63,490 bases of DNA, filler included, from Choristocarpus tenellus KU-1152 (GCA_964200185.2; 13 parts of 13 records of this genome joined end to end with filler, not necessarily neighbours in it), one strand, 5' to 3'. Counted from the first letter of the whole stretch, positions 24,990 through 40,333 are shown. Program-made: numbers and translations. The notes: generated from the sequence alone by a model not told the origin.

Positions 24990-25120
24990 ATTGAGGATGG
25001 GGCATACTATTGAGGATGGGGCGTACTATTGAGGATGGGGCGTACTATTGAGGATGGGGCGTACTATTGAGGATGGGGCGTACTATTGAGGATGGGGCGT
25101 ACTATTGAGGATGGGGCGTA
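24990..25120. repeat. 19-bp minisatellite (ATTGAGGATGGGGCGTACT), ~7 copies, runs off the contig
   Basis: Near-perfect head-to-tail copies with no spacers. Confidence 0.95.
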
Positions 25121-28100
25121 NNNNNNNNNNNNNNNNNNNNNNNNNNNNNNNNNNNNNNNNNNNNTTAATTAATTAANNNNNNNNNNNNNNNNNNNNNNNN
25201 NNNNNNNNNNNNNNNNNNNNCCCCGGCTTGCATCGAGACCCCGAGAACCGTGCCACTGTAAGACAACCCAGGAATTGAAAGTTCTTGAGAGATTGGCTCT
25301 GCCAACCGACACCAAGCTCGGGCAAGATAAAGGTGGAATAGACAAAAAAAAAGGGTGTTTGTTCTCCCTCACACACAGGCCAGCCGGCATCACCCTCGTA
25401 TCGGAGACTTATGTTTCACCAGGCCTGTTGAGTCGCCGCCGCCGCCGGGTGCAAGATGTGGCCACTCAAGTTTGGAATTACCAACTCTGTGACATTGGGT
25501 CGGTTGGGAGCAGTGGCATCACAGCACCTCAATGCCGGACTGTGACGTGGGCTCAGCATCTTGTCACCAGGGACCAGGCTGAGGCAACTCTCGGGATGTT
25601 AAGAATTAAAGAGCTTGGTGTTGATGGGACCAGCCCCTGTGTCGAGACGGAATAGGGAAAAGAGGAAACGGGCTAGAAAAAGGCCGGTACAACCTGGGTG
25701 GAAGATCAGGAGATAAAGGCATATATACCGTGGAAACAGGGGTAAGGCCATACAAAAGGGGTCGTCAAACGTCCCTATCTGAAAATGGAAAAAAAAGATT
25801 GAAGGGGTGAACCATTCGTCACGAGAGGCAATCTTGAAAATGGTTCGTAACGGAGGAGTAATCCTTTGACCCCATATTTGACCTGGTCTATCCAGATGAG
25901 AAGTGGGTTTGGCCAGGCTTTAAAGCCATGTCAGGGTTTAGCTTATTCCTGGGGAGGCGCCACCGTCCTTCCCAATCACTGGGTTTCAACACTTGGATTC
26001 TTGCCACCACTTCAGACCAAGGGCGGGCCTGGATCCGACCATACAAACATCGAAAATTTTGTAAAGGAAGTGTTGAAGATATAACGAGAGTATGATGCTG
26101 ACATGTAAGGGTCTGGTATACCCTCTTCGCACAGTAAACGGCTGGGTTGTACCACTTGGGTAATAATGACATCAAGGGAGTGCAAAAGAAGGAGGATACA
26201 TCAAGGGGAGCAGTACATACAGGCAGGTCCTTGGTGGCCAAGAGGATGGACTTCATCAACGGTACGAGGAAGGAATGTAGTTCTTTTGGGGTATACTCAC
26301 TTGTTCTGCACCGAATTTTGAGCAGAATTCAGTGGCACTATCTACAAATGTATGATTTATTCCTAAGTCTTCATTGACTGAGGGTGTGGCATATCACCCG
26401 ACTCATTTTGTCGCTGCATTAACCTTAGGGACCGGAGGAAGCATATGGATATCACGGCATTAAGGATTAATGGTAGTGGGTAAGGTAGAGTATGAACTGG
26501 AAACGCGGGGAGTTGCAGCACTTCTGGATGAGGCATCATACGTCGCTGTCTGTAGAGGGAAGAAGGAAGGTGAGGGGAGGAAGGGCTATCCTTTCACTTC
26601 TCCCGACAGGAAAAAGGTTTCAGATCATACTACATACCCATGTTCCGCATTTAAATAGCCTCGACCGCTCTCAAAACGATCGGATTATGCGACAACTCTC
26701 TGGAGCCTGCTTCATCTTCGCATATCACCCCTCGAACGAAAGAGATACCGGGGAAAAAGTTGGGAGAAGGAAACGTAAAAACACTTCCATTATGATATGT
26801 CTTCAACTCTGCGATGGAGTTGCGGAGTTCATGTCTTTACTCTCCAAGTTACCTACCATAGAAGCGCAAAGCATCTCTTCTGAAAAATTGATAGCAATAT
26901 ACCATGTGACATTGCACAAGTATTTACAGATACAAAACGTACCATAGGAGAACCTGCAATATAATACATGGAAGGCTATGTAAACAGCAGCAGAAGAGAT
27001 GTTCGACTGAGTTACGTGGCATGAATCATTCAACCTTGGACTCACCTAGTCGTAATTGTCTGTCCAATTGGAGGTCGTCATCGAAACCACCACCTCCAGA
27101 AAAGAAGGTGTGGCTTGCAGGGATCCCTCCCGACTCGATGAAGTCATAATCCTTATCGGCGGTAGCCATGAAATCACCCTTGTTGTTCTGTATAGATACC
27201 ATCTTCAATATCCTGACAAGAATCTAGTAGTTTGGCAGGTCCTAGACGATGCACACAGATTCTTGCGACGTTTCTAAATCCACTGTCACAGACCTTTCCC
27301 TAAGAACTGAAAGTATGTTTTCGAAGCACACCCCCTCTCCCACTGAACCTCGATCTTTGTTCCCTTCTCTTCCTGCACTTTATACCTCTGACTCTCCAAT
27401 GGTTATCTCTGTAGCAAACCAAGGTTTGAAGAACAGTCTTGAACCGGATAGTACACTGGCTCTTTCTTGTACAAACAGCACACCATACATTGAAAAAGTG
27501 ATAATACTACTACTAAGGGTGGAATATCGAGAGTACGCAACAGATAGATATCCTAGGATATATCGTTCTCCATAGTCCCAACTCCTGAAGGGAGGTGAGG
27601 TAATCCTGGGTTTCCTGATCTTGCCTGATCAATTCTGTGAAAAAATGTCCACCCTTAGATTGTGACCTGTCTTACTATGTAGATGATGTATGTTGGAGGT
27701 CATCTGCACTTTTCCCAATTCCAACATGACATTGCAGACTTTCCGACATTGTGTTTATGAATATGGCCTGCCAGCGATCTCGTCTCCTATCGCACGTCCA
27801 GTCTCCTCTTCTCCCCTCAATTCAACCATCTCAAACCTCTTATCGAATCCTCAGCCCCTTCACTTCGCCTTGTCTTGTAGTTTGTACTTCGCTGCCTCTC
27901 CAAACTCCAATGCAATCACAATGTTTTGGGCTAGTATTGCGTGACAAGTATGTCGCACTTCGTCTCACTCGCAGATTTTTTTAACTGATTGTGCATTATT
28001 ATAGAGGTTTATCGCAATTCTCATCCTTATTTAATTGCATGTCCTGCACTCGATCAAATTTTATCCATGAGACCACCACAGCCGACCACGGGGTAAAAGC

Positions 28101-28674
28101 CGATCGGACACTGATTATGTCCAACTTTCACCCGATGATAGTGGAGTGGTTGTGCAAATGTTGAGCTTTGGGTGTTCGTTTGTCACACAGGGCACGCTGG
28201 GCATATTGGCGTCTATTTTATTTTTAACTACGAATCACATACTCCGTTTGTATTGCACTCCAAGAGGTAAACATTGAGTCGAAAATATTGTCCAAAAGTC
28301 ATGTATCCAATCGTACAGGAAAGTCAAGGTTGAAGAAAGATAGGTTCAGGTTCTCATGCCAGTGTGCTTGCATGAGTACCAGATTGCGCACGAACCTAGC
28401 GCCTGGAACGGTTCTTTCAGATTTTTAGTCGATATCAGACAGTCGAAATAGCAATGGCTGTTTAGTGTTTGCCAAGAAAAATGCCTGACCAATCTATGAC
28501 TCGATTTTAATGGACTCATAAATGTGGACCAGTTCTGAGTAGGAGAAACAATCATTGCAGTTAGGAAGTCGCATGTTACCACTAAATTTTACCGAAGGTC
28601 CTAGTTTTGAGAAAGTGCTGGAGTCGGTGGTGCATCGTGAAACTACCGTGAACGAAACTGACGATAGTGTGATG

Positions 28675-28918
28675 CGTCTAGCTTATACCACCACATGTAG
28701 CTTTTACCATGTCCAGCTTATACCACCATGTCTAGCTTATGCCGCCATGTCAGCTTAGGCCATCACGTCTAGCTTGTACCACCATGCCTAGGTTTTCCCA
28801 CCACATCTAGCTTTTACCATGTCTAGCTTATACCACCAAGCGATACTTTGTGTACCAGTATATACCATCACGTCTAGCTTATACCACCAAGCAATACATC
28901 ACGTACCAGTTTATACCA
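28675..28918. repeat. Degenerate ~18-21-bp tandem repeat (GTCTAGCTTATACCACCA core)
   Basis: About ten imperfect copies. Confidence 0.85.
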
Positions 28919-29617
28919 ACTCATTGAGCCCCTAAGAATTTTGAAGTAGTGTTCGTATTAGTGGTATTGTTATTGGTAGTGTTACTGTTACTGTTACTGT
29001 TAGTATTAGTGTTATTGTTAGTGTTAGTATTATTTGTTAGCTGTAAGAGTAGTATTAGTATTTGTTTTAGTGTAGTCTTTGAAAGTGGTGTCGGTATTAT
29101 CTATTAGCTATGAGGGTAATAACATTCGTATTAGCATTTTTATTATTATTGAAAATGATTGATAGCTGATGAGGTCTCAGGCCAGCGACCAAGAATATGG
29201 TAACAGTACCAGTCAGTGTAGACGAGAGAGAGAGAGCAAGCAACAGAGCCAGAACAAAAAAAAAAATGAAATAATAAATGAAGAACACTACTCCACCACT
29301 CTACGCGCGTGCCATCTATCGTACTTCCTACAATAGCTCACACCCTTTGCAGCATACATCCTACCGACCCTCCTACTTCCCCTTAACTGTGTCTTGGGGG
29401 GCAATATCTATCAATATCTCTCCGATTTCTCGGGAAAATTGTGCTTTTTTGAGCTCTCTTCGCGTCCCTTCAGGTTCAAGTTTATTCTCTACTCTATTTT
29501 CTGGAAAGCTTGTCCTTCTGCTGTCTGTAAGTCCCACTCTTTTCTTTTCTTTTATTCTCAGGAAATTGTCAGCATAACATTATTATTCATCTATGTATGT
29601 ACCATCCCTTTCCCCCC

Positions 29618-29670
<53 letters not shown>

Positions 29671-29770
29671 NNNNNNNNNNNNNNNNNNNNNNNNNNNNNN
29701 NNNNNNNNNNNNNNTTAATTAATTAANNNNNNNNNNNNNNNNNNNNNNNNNNNNNNNNNNNNNNNNNNNN

Positions 29771-29921
29771 GGGGTCTACACCAGGGTGTCCATTTGGGCC
29801 GAACCAGGAAAAGTGCACATACATTATCCATCCGACTTATGGAACCAAATCACCGAAAAAATGCGACTTGAAAAATTGACCCCAAATGGACAGCTGCCAA
29901 CACCCCCAGATACTTTGAGCC
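29771..29921 (-). mobile_element. MITE family A, nearly full, reverse orientation
   Basis: GGGGTCTACACCAGGGTGTCCATTTGG...CCCCCAGATACTTTGAGCC. Confidence 0.88.
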
Positions 29922-30199
29922 TGAGGAAAGGGTTAGGGCCGCTGTGAGGTGGATTGAGCGATACCAGCATATTGCACGGTACTACACATGTTGTGATGAT
30001 GGCATGAGAGGAACATGAGTCCCTCATGATGAGCCCTTGATCGCCCAACCCCAAAGTGCTCATTTTGGCAATGGTGGGAGAAACATTGAACCCTTTAATG
30101 TCCCCTCCTGAAAAAATCCACAGATGTTTGCCCAATTAGTCCACCAACTTGCAATCAGTCCTGATTTTCCTTCTGCTCAATACCGCTGTTGATCTTCAC

Positions 30200-30753
30200 C
30201 TGTAAATAGAGTGTACTGGAAACGCTGATCCGTGATGGGGCGAATATATGCATCTGCAACAAGTTTAAGAACACTCCCCTTGACATGGCTTCTTCCAGTA
30301 GCTGTCGAGCACTGCTGAAGAAAGCAGAAGACTCTTCACCATCAACTGGGGAGGAGAGAGATGTTATGCACACCGAAAATCTGAAGGTGAAGTTCCCTAC
30401 CATGGTGATCTCTGACAGTTTGAGATGGCACATGTAGTTGGAATAGTATGTACAGCTCAGTATCCTACGGTTCAGTGGTTTTGTCTGCAGCAGAAATGTC
30501 AAGATCAACACAGTGAAAATTATTTGGGAGGCAGAGGATGTTGCAGAGGAAAATTACTCTATTGGCTTAATAATGCCACAAGCACAGACCATTCCATTGG
30601 TGTATCTTTTGCTGTTACAATATTTTCCTCCATCCCACAATTCCTTCTACTTCTAATACCAACTCTTCTTACTATAATGTCGATATCATGATAGTCAGGT
30701 ACATTTGCCATTGTGCGAGAAGCGGCAGTAACTGCATTTTGGTCCATATCCAT
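30200..30753 (-). CDS. Putative first exons of an unknown protein (30753-30673, ~30410-30200)
   Basis: ATG-started frame MDMDQNAV...DII ends at a GTAAGA donor; a second open frame ITMVGNF...LYLQ ends at CAG|GTGAAG. Acceptor phase is ambiguous and no family was recognised. Confidence 0.35.
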
Positions 30754-31490
30754 GCCGAGCTTCTAGCTCAGGCCAATGTGGTGGTGTAGGCCTTGTGAAA
30801 ATGAGAGGCAAGTGCTACGTATTCATACAAATACATTTAGAGACGCGCTTTTTTTGAGGCTAAACTGACTGAGTACTTACACAGTGGAGCATTGTGTTGA
30901 GCACACCAACGTGACAGCGTGTGTTAAAGAAGATTGAAACATTGTATGCACAGAATGAGCTCACTCCCTTCCTCATTCAATCTTATTGAAGAGGGCATTC
31001 CAGTTATTGTATGGATAGGCTGTTAGCATGGAATATAAAAATCGTACCCCGATCTACGGAAATGTCCCCTAGGGCTACCTAGGGATAGTTTCACAAGGCC
31101 AGAGAGATGCTCTCAGTTGAGCGTAGGGGTGTTTCTAGCACCTGTCTGTGCTGGTGGTGGCTTTCAACATTGGTGCTATGAGCATCACACGTTCAGTTTG
31201 AGGTCGGAATCTCATCTTTTTCTCGCACATATCCGTTAACTTCATCACATTTATTTAGGTATATGTTGGCGATTTGAAATTGACAAACATATCCCAGCAA
31301 GCAGTTTCAATTCATCCCCTTACTGACCTTACCACAATACTCCGTATATATTTCCATGTACTACCATTTTAAGTTCTTGTACTGAGTATATTCTAGTTCA
31401 AGGTCTGTCCCAATTCAACATTGCCCCCAAAGTATTGTGAAGTGGTGAAAAATATGTTTGCCCCTCCCTCACGTTTTTTGGTGGATACAG

Positions 31491-33653
31491 CGGTTGCAGA
31501 CAGTTGAGCAGGCACTTGAGCAAGCCCTTCGTTGCCAACCCTCACCTGCATACCATACTGAGGGGGAGGAGGGGGAGGAGGAGGGCAGGGAGGAGAAAGA
31601 AGAGAAGGAGGATGAGGAGAAGGAAGGGGAGAGATATGAAGGGGAGGAGCAGGAAGGTAGGACGGGGGAGGAGAAGGGACAGGGGGCAATTCAAAATGAG
31701 GAAAAGGAAAAAAGTGACAGGGAAGGGCGGGAGTGGGGTGGAGAGGAGGTCAAGAGTGAAGAGAAGGAGGCGGTGGGGGTGGGTAAGCAGGAGGACAACC
31801 AACCAAAGGAGAGGATTGTTGTTGGGGATGATAGCACAGGTGAATTCAAGTCCAAAGAGGGGGGATTAGAGAATAATACAGCGGAAGAGAAGGTTAGAAT
31901 GGGAAATTCCGAGTCTGAGGAGAAGGAAGATGGAGCTGGAGACGGAGAAAGAGACGGATGGGGCGGTCAACTATTAACCCAGGTGAGGAGCGATTTCAAG
32001 ATACTTCTCAATGTGAGGCTAGTCTATCCTTTCGTGGGATTCCATTGCATCATGCTTGCCATGTGGTGGTAGTCTCTATCATTTCTTCTACCAATTCAGC
32101 AGGGGAAAACAGATCGTCTGATGCACCAGGGAGGAGAAACCGCACAAAGGCAACAGGATAGAATATTGACAGGAAGGATAAAACATTTCTGAACTGGAAG
32201 GAACACTATAGTGAAAGCATACGATCAGCAAGACAAAGTAAGCATTGCTTGTGCATTGTGACAGAGAGGAAACAAGTACACAACAGACAGGACAGTGTAC
32301 ACGGAGGTAATGCTACTGTTTGATAGTGCTGAAAAGTGAGGTAGTTATTCTGAAGAGTTGAGTAGTCTGAAAAGGCATTAAGTCTTTTGAACCTCAACAG
32401 TGGTGGTACCAAAATAATATATCTTATGTACACAGTGTAACGTTGAATCTAGCATATCTATCGGGTTACTATCTACTTATATTGTAAGAGTATTGTAAGC
32501 AGTGGCTCACCCACTCCCACAATATAATCCAAACAGAGCCTGGAGGCTGTGCAGTAGCTTTCGTTTGCCCCATGGCTTATTCTCTTCCATTGAAGATCTC
32601 ACGTGAGCTGTTGGTAGATGATCCATTCCCATCTCATAAGGCAAAGAATAAACTGATAATCAAACATGTGTTCTACTCATGGGAGATCTAGACATTTCAA
32701 AGGGCTTTGCATCAGACTGGATAACTTCATGAGAGGTCACTGGGTTTTTCTTAACAGGGTCATTCGATGGCCTTAGAGAAATAGTGAGGCCAATCCACTG
32801 TCTGCCCCGGGTCTCAGCTTGGTCAGACTGAGCAGCGCTAGTTGTGTGCAAATACTGTGAGCCTTTTAAACTTTCAAAAGCACTCCAAGGAGTACATTTT
32901 AGGCATACGATCTGTTGTGGATGAAGTCAGTCTGTAGGCATGCATAAAAAGAAAAAGTAAAAAATGCATTCCAGCAACTGTTGCTTAGCGCCTTACACCG
33001 AACCAGGCAACTATTATGATGGTGTCAGACTGCTGGCCATCATGTTCCAAAATATTTCTAGAAGGGCCGATCCAGGGTGTTGCAGATTCTAACAGGGCTA
33101 GTTTGCAGGTTGCCCCAATTCCAGTATGATTTAAAAGGGCTCGACCAGAGCTAGAGCAGACCAGGCCAGTCTGGTTAACTGCATGACTGGTGTAAGCCCT
33201 GGTTTTCGTTTCTGTTGCTCCTGAATGGCCTCATTGCTCGTCTCTTCTGCATTTCTGTGTATCATTGTATGTGCAAAAAACACAGACACCCCCCATTAGC
33301 ATACAGGCAATCATAAAACTAAGTGAATATCGTATCAAATTCTTGCAGCATATTTTGTACTCTATTGGGTGAATACATTTGTGCCTGTGTTATGTCCGTT
33401 ACCCCTCTGTTATTAGTATTTCCATCTAATTTGCCATAGCTCGCACAAGGTACACAAACCTTGTACTAATCTTGCATGGTATTAAAAAATGTTGATATTC
33501 TGGCATGCGCTCCTTGCACTACCCCCCACACAAAGGCAAACCAACCTACCCTTCGCCACCGTAATGTGCACCGACATGCCATCCAAGGTTGAGGAAATTC
33601 GAGAAGCAATGGCCAGGGCAGAAGAATTCTGTGTCCCAGACGAGCAACTACAG
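31491..33653 (+). CDS. Unknown protein with a Glu/Gly/Lys-rich low-complexity exon (31491-31982; further exon 33588-33653)
   Basis: 492-nt open exon between a CAG acceptor and a GTGAGG donor; 66-nt exon VEEIREAMARAEEFCVPDEQLQ ending CAG|GTAAGA; both phase 0. Confidence 0.55.
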
Positions 33654-34091
33654 GTAAGAGGGTAGAGTCAGGAATGAGGAATGGAGGGGGTGAGGTGAGC
33701 ATAATGTTTCTTGCAGAATAAAGGTGACAATGAGTCTACAAATATGTGCTAGAAGTGTATCACTGTGATACAAGATAGTTCTGGACTCTGGCAATTGCCA
33801 CATCAATTTGTCAATACATTGTACTGAGAGTAGATACATATATATATATATATAACCACAGGGTTTTGTGGGGGTGATGAGTGCTGCTACGTACCAAGCC
33901 ACCATCCCATTACATCCACCATGAGGTTACATTCCCAGTTTTTTTCAACTGTGTATTCCCTCATATGCAGTGTGTTAAATGCCTCTTGTTCGAAATAGTA
34001 GAGATAAGTAGATGCCACATCCCACCTACAATGTAAAAAGTGAATGGTGTCTCAACAGGTTACGTTTGTGAAATCAAGACCATGTACCCAA

Positions 34092-34121
34092 AGCTCAAAG
34101 TATCTGGGGGGGGGGGGCGGG
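34092..34121 (+). mobile_element. MITE family A left TIR fragment
   Basis: AGCTCAAAGTATCTGGGGGGGG near the contig end. Confidence 0.65.
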
Positions 34122-34374
34122 GAAATTTTTTGAAGGCGGTGATCAAGGCAAGGGATGAAGAAGTGGCNNNNNNNNNNNNNNNNNNNNNNNNNNNNNNNNN
34201 NNNNNNNNNNNTTAATTAATTAANNNNNNNNNNNNNNNNNNNNNNNNNNNNNNNNNNNNNNNNNNNNATATAATGATTTTCTTTGTTTTAAATCTGTTGT
34301 TTGTTTTTTGTTTTTTGGGGGGGGGGGGGGGGGGGGGGGAGGAACACACAACATAAATTAACAGTTGAACTTCA

Positions 34375-34405
<31 letters not shown>

Positions 34406-34616
34406 ACACGGATAACAAAAGAGTCAGCCAAATACCTAACCCTAACATTTCCAAGGTGGCAAGTAGATCATCACGCCATATAGTTACTTCAAATAATACA
34501 AAATAGAGATGTGCAAAACTTTCAGAGGTAACTCTGAATGAATACACACACTACTAGATCCAAGACAAAACACATCCAGCTCTGCCTCCTCTTCTTCATA
34601 CAGGATAGAATGAAGT

Positions 34617-34650
<34 letters not shown>

Positions 34651-34772
34651 AACAACAACTACGCCAGATTACTTCATTAGACTTAGCAAAGAAGTCTATG
34701 ACAGAGCCTGATCTCTCAAGTGAGGGATAGTTCCTACCATATCGCTCTGTACACCTACAGACTCAATCTCAC

Positions 34773-37700
34773 CTTCTCGGAAACAGTGGTGGATGGATGG
34801 CACTCGATATTGGAAGCACCATGACCGTCCTTCATACATATTTACACGAATAGATCAAAAGGGGGTAATTTTGTCAGCAAATGAAACACACTAGTCGAGA
34901 GAACTCACAATCGATTTTCAAAAATTAAGAAAATATATATATATACACATCTTTTTTCAAACTTTCAATCTACACTTTTTCCAAAGATTGATTATAAATC
35001 AGGTATATATTAAGACATCCAAAAGAGAGCTATGGTCTGTTATGTGTATGAACAGTGATTATGACTATCCCCGATACTATCAACACTCACATTAATTCCT
35101 GTACTACATCAGATTCAATCAACAGCACACAACTAAACAAACCACTTCAGAACAACATATTTTAAAACATTGACTAAAGGAACACAATTAGACTACTTCA
35201 GAACAATATATTCTTAAGCATTGATTAAAAGAACACAATCAAATAGACTACTTCAGAACAATACAATTTCAAATATCAGGCCAAAGATGACATGGATCAA
35301 CACACACATAGGATGAAGGCTGTTCATTATATAGGGAGTTAAAAGAAATTCTGGAAGAAATACATTCTTAAAAAAAAACTTCCATGATCTGTGGAAAAAT
35401 TATTTTAACCAACACTATAAAGGATATTCCAACACGCCTTACCATGTCCCCCCAAACACCTTCACACTATTCCAATATCGCCACCCTAATAGAATAGCGC
35501 ATTAAAAACATTTTACATTTTTGTTTTTAAATAGCCCCCAAAAGGTACTAAAGTGTGGGAGCTCTGAAATATGTATGAAAACATGTAAAAAAATCTAGAT
35601 ATATTTTTTACAAGACCTCCTTTTAAGTGCTTTGAAGATGGTGAAGGGGCCTCAAACATTCTGACCAGCCTTTTCTCGTTCTTTAAAAAAAATTTATATA
35701 TATTTAAATAGTGTTCCTGAACCCTAGGCAGGGACAGGGATTATTTTTCCTCTTCATTTCATTTTCCCTTCTTCCAAGGTCTACAAGACACAAATTTTGA
35801 ACAAGATTTGTCTGCCTCAGCCAATTAGCCGATTCCAAAAAAAAAAAAAATCCCAATGATGTTTGCACACAATCCTGTTTAGGTTTAATAGTATTATTAT
35901 TATATATACAGTCTCTCAACGATTATTATTATTAATATAAATATTAACTACATTATACATAGGGTCTCTCTCACCTCTCCGGGAGGGCAGGGTGGGTAAG
36001 CATCCGGAATGTGAGGCTCGTGTGATGAACTCTTCTCAGTGACCTCAGTGACAATAGTAGCTGCAGGTACCAAATGTGTTACATAAATGGACATAATTAT
36101 GTATGTAGGGACATATTAGGTGTTACACAATAGGCAGCGCCACACACGCCAAATATCACAAGATGACACAAAAAAATATATATACAAAAAACATAAAAAC
36201 ATCCCGGAAAAAGAAAAAACAATGCAAAAAAGAAAAAAATATTTTTAAATTACATCCAATTGATTTTTCAGATGTAATGGACAGACTCTCAATGCCTCAG
36301 TGATAATAATAAAATATCACAGAGGAAGAAAGACCAACTGGCTGCTCTCAGTTCTCAGGCTCTCAGTTCCCATACTTCAATAATAATACAAATATTTCAA
36401 TTTTTTGTGTAATTTTCATACATCTTTCAGGTATACAATATCACCCTGATTATATCCCTAACCCTATATATACCTTATAAGTACAACCAGGCGGGTTCTC
36501 TTGGTCCAAGTACCACCATCAAAATACTATTAATACTACTACTACTACTACTACTACTACTGTATCACTCACTGGCTCTATTGAGCAAAGCATTCTGCAA
36601 AGTATGAACTAGGTTTTAATGATCGTTACATCATCCCTCGAAGGACTCAATCCCCTAACCCTAACCCCATCTCACACATACATAAGATCAAAAATTATTA
36701 CTACTGTACAATGTAAAATAGATCAAGAGTTCATGCACACCTTCAGCAGGGATAAACATACACACACAACACACACAGATGACAATACAATACAGACCAT
36801 CCGGTTTAGTACTAGCAAACACAATCAATTCAATGCCTAATAACAACACACAATCAAAGCCCCATTACACACACACAAACACAGACAATAACAAGCATAA
36901 AATAACCAACCAAAATGTTTTCATTCCATCGTCACACACTTGGATGAAAAAACGTTCTAATGAAGGGAATCGATCTCATGTATGTAGGGGGGTTCCTACA
37001 CCCCCAAAACCTCTACCTACACCCTAACCTACACCCCGGCACTAACAAGAAAACACCTAACCAGTACCTAACCAGTACCTAACCAGTACCTAGCTAGTAC
37101 CATCCGAACCGCAACTTCTTTTTTTTTCAATTTATAAAGATTTTTAAATGAATTTCATTTGGGGGTCCCTCTCTGTGCGTCCAAAAACACACACGCAAAA
37201 CAAAACAAAAACATAAAAAAAGCTCGATCACTTAGGGTTAGGGACAGTAACAGTGATGTTAAGAATAATGCCCTGGTCCCCCTCACCCAATAGGAGTACT
37301 ATGGAACGAGCTTAAGAGAAAAAGATCACCTTTGGAAGGCACTAGAGCCTCTTCATTGCCCTCCTCAGTTGACTCCACCACCACCTCCACCTCCTTCTCT
37401 TCCTCGAGCGCAACTGGAATTGATCAGTAAAAAAATAGAGTTGATCAGTAAAAACATGGAAGTGATTGGTAAAAAAATATAATTTATCAGTAAAATATTA
37501 AACAAATAGTTCAATTAGATCCAGAAAAGGAAGCACAACAAAACAACATACTAACATCATGTATTAATCAAACACAACCACATTCGAATTTATATTTATT
37601 TATATATATATATATATAACATGGAGGCGTTTCATTAGTAGTGACAACATAGATAAACTGCATAATAGATCGATAAAAGCTGGTTGATAACTCTGATATC

Positions 37701-40301
37701 GATAAAAGCTGGTTGATAACTATGATATCGATAAAATATGGTTGATAACTATGATATCGATAAAAGCTGATTGATAACTATGATATCGATAAAAGCTGGT
37801 TGATAACTCATAGAGATCAGTTGTGATTATCAAGACACATTCAGGTGAATTAAATCTAAAGTGGACAACAGCAGTAGTAAAGATGATATCAAATAACCTT
37901 GAAAATTAAACATGGTGATAAGTGCATACACACACACACCTAATTAATAGCAGTAACATAACAGCAACAGGAAAGCACCAAAGGTCAGATCCAACTGGGC
38001 TCATCAAGTGAGGTAAAGTTGTAGATTCAACAAAATCACAGCTCTTATCAGCAGCAAAAGAGATGCAGCTGACTCACAACGACAGCAGAGACCAGAGACA
38101 CAACCCTAACTCCAAGAAATAACAAGACAGGAAGGGATTGTTACAAAGTATATCGCAGAATGAGTGCTTGGAAAAAAAAAGGTAAAACAATGTTAAAACA
38201 ATTACAGTCACTGATCAAATTAAAAAAATATATAACTAGAGAAAAAAAAAAGACTCGAGGGCATGAGAGATGTTTGCACCAGTGAACACACAGTAGCTAT
38301 GTATGGAATGTAAATGAATGTAACCAAATGAAGTGCACAGGCTTTCAGAAAAACCATCAAACATTTCAATTAACACTCACCACACCATTTTTATTAATAT
38401 TACATCATAATAACCACCACCACCACCACCATCATGACTAATAATAAAACTAATAACCAGGGTCTTACACCTGGCCAGGCAGGTCAGTCGGCAACTCTAT
38501 CCAGCCCATCCAGGCAAAACAATTGATGGCAATGGACCTACCCGGCAATAAATCTTTCAACATGGTAATACTCCTTCAAGGCGATGAGTCCAACTATGTC
38601 AAATCGATTGCAATGACAGACTGAACTTATATTCTTAAAAAAAGAGGATGTTCCACCCCCGACTTGGCAGTTAATGTAATGCAGTTAATGTAATGCAGTT
38701 AATGTAATGTGCATGTGATGTGTAGGAGAGAGCCTTATCACAACGCCTCAATGGGACCCTGCTCATTGTAGTAGTAGTATATGTGAAAATAATAATAATC
38801 TGGGTTTCTAGTATTAGTAGGGCGCTTCCTAATTTAGGTCAACGTTAGACTAGAAATACAACATCAACAGTGCAACGTCTCTAGAAACGAAATGGATAAG
38901 ACATCAAATTTGTGCAAGCGGGGTGGTCATTTTAAAGCAAATTCGAGTTTTATCCACTGGTTTAAACGCCTACCACTCTAGCAAAACGCCTCTCACTCTA
39001 GCAACACCACCAACTGGCATTGGTGATTAAGAAAAGGAAAAGAGTCCGCCTTCTGGAGGACAATCCACCGCATTAACACTGTGCACCAACAGATTATCGA
39101 GTTGAAGGGATCAGCACAAAAAAACAGATAGTTCAACAGTGGCAACAACTCCGGCAGTGACAAAAAGGGATACAGACAGATTGTAGACCACCAAAAGGTA
39201 CAGAAGATTATAGATTGTCAAAAAAAGGTATAGATTATTATAGACTATCAAAAAAGGTACAGAAGATTATAGATTGTCAAAAAAGGTACAGAAGATTATA
39301 GATTGTCAAAAAAAGGTACAGAAGATTATAGACTGTCAAAAAAGACCTCAACTCAATCAATGAAGGACTGAACAGAGAGTTTGAAGCAGTGGAACAGTCA
39401 ATTGACTACATCTTACCTCATAGTGAAAAAAATATATAAATAAATTAAAATTAAAATTAAAAAAAAATCTCTGCTCTCCGATTTTCATGCAAAAAAATTA
39501 CTGTTTTATCTACACACTAAAGACCCCCCAAAAAAGGGGGGTAGACAGGCGCCGGTAGCAGTAGCTAAGCATCAAGAGGTTACCCAGATCAGGTTAGGTG
39601 GATAGACAGTTTCATCTATCGATTCACTTTGGCAAGGTGGCTAACCCAACACACCGACAGAATGGTACATCCTTGAACACGCCTTCCAGGTTGCGAATCA
39701 GCAGAACCAACCCGTGCACATCACTAAAAAATAAAATAAACTTCAACTTCAACTTCAATGTCGACTTTGAAAAGCGTAAGACTCCTCTTCTGTCGCAGCA
39801 AGCCACCAGCAGGAAACAAAGAAGAAACCCACCAGCAAAGGCATCTACCTACTACCTTTCAGAGCACACAGATAAATAGTAACAATAATAATAATAACAG
39901 TAACAGTAACAGTAACAACAATAATAACAGTAACAGTAACAGTAGCAGTAACAATAATAATAATAATAATAACAGTAATAATAAAATAATAATAAAAAAA
40001 TAGTACTGCACAGAATCAGGTGGACGTCAGATACGGAGCAAAGAGAGTTTGCACCACTTGAAGCCGGAGGACATGGACAGATACAATCCACAGCAGACAT
40101 GGTCTAGGACATGCAAGAGAGTTACGAGGACATGGGACAGATATAATCCACAGCAGACATGGTCTAGGACATGCAAGAGAGTTACGAGGACATGGGACAG
40201 ATACAATCCACAGCAGATATGGTCTAGACGGGATCAAAAACAGAGTTACGAGACCATTCCTGTCTGCAGACGGGACCCTTTGCATTTCCCGGACTGGTGC
40301 A

Positions 40302-40333
<32 letters not shown>

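Noticed and set aside
24990-25120. Short repeat arrays (also 37668, 39192, 40068, 42294) as CRISPR arrays
   Set aside because: Units are head-to-tail with no unique spacers, there are no cas genes, and the context is eukaryotic.
25700-27950. Coding-like decayed sequence (also 900-2700, 53800-54400, 61100-62400)
   Set aside because: Probably old transposon remnants, but no diagnostic motif was recognised, so they were not called.
28276-28502. Possible fourth GAGTC-ended MITE family
   Set aside because: Single copy, weak TIR match and ambiguous TSD (CATT/GATT).
29394-29726. Poly-Pro/Gly/Phe ORFs here and at 42422-42874 and 47982-48314, and ORFs crossing N runs
   Set aside because: They are products of homopolymer tracts and gaps.
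33072-33201. Possible hAT-type MITE (CAGGG...CCCTG)
   Set aside because: TIR is short and imperfect, with no 8-bp TSD.
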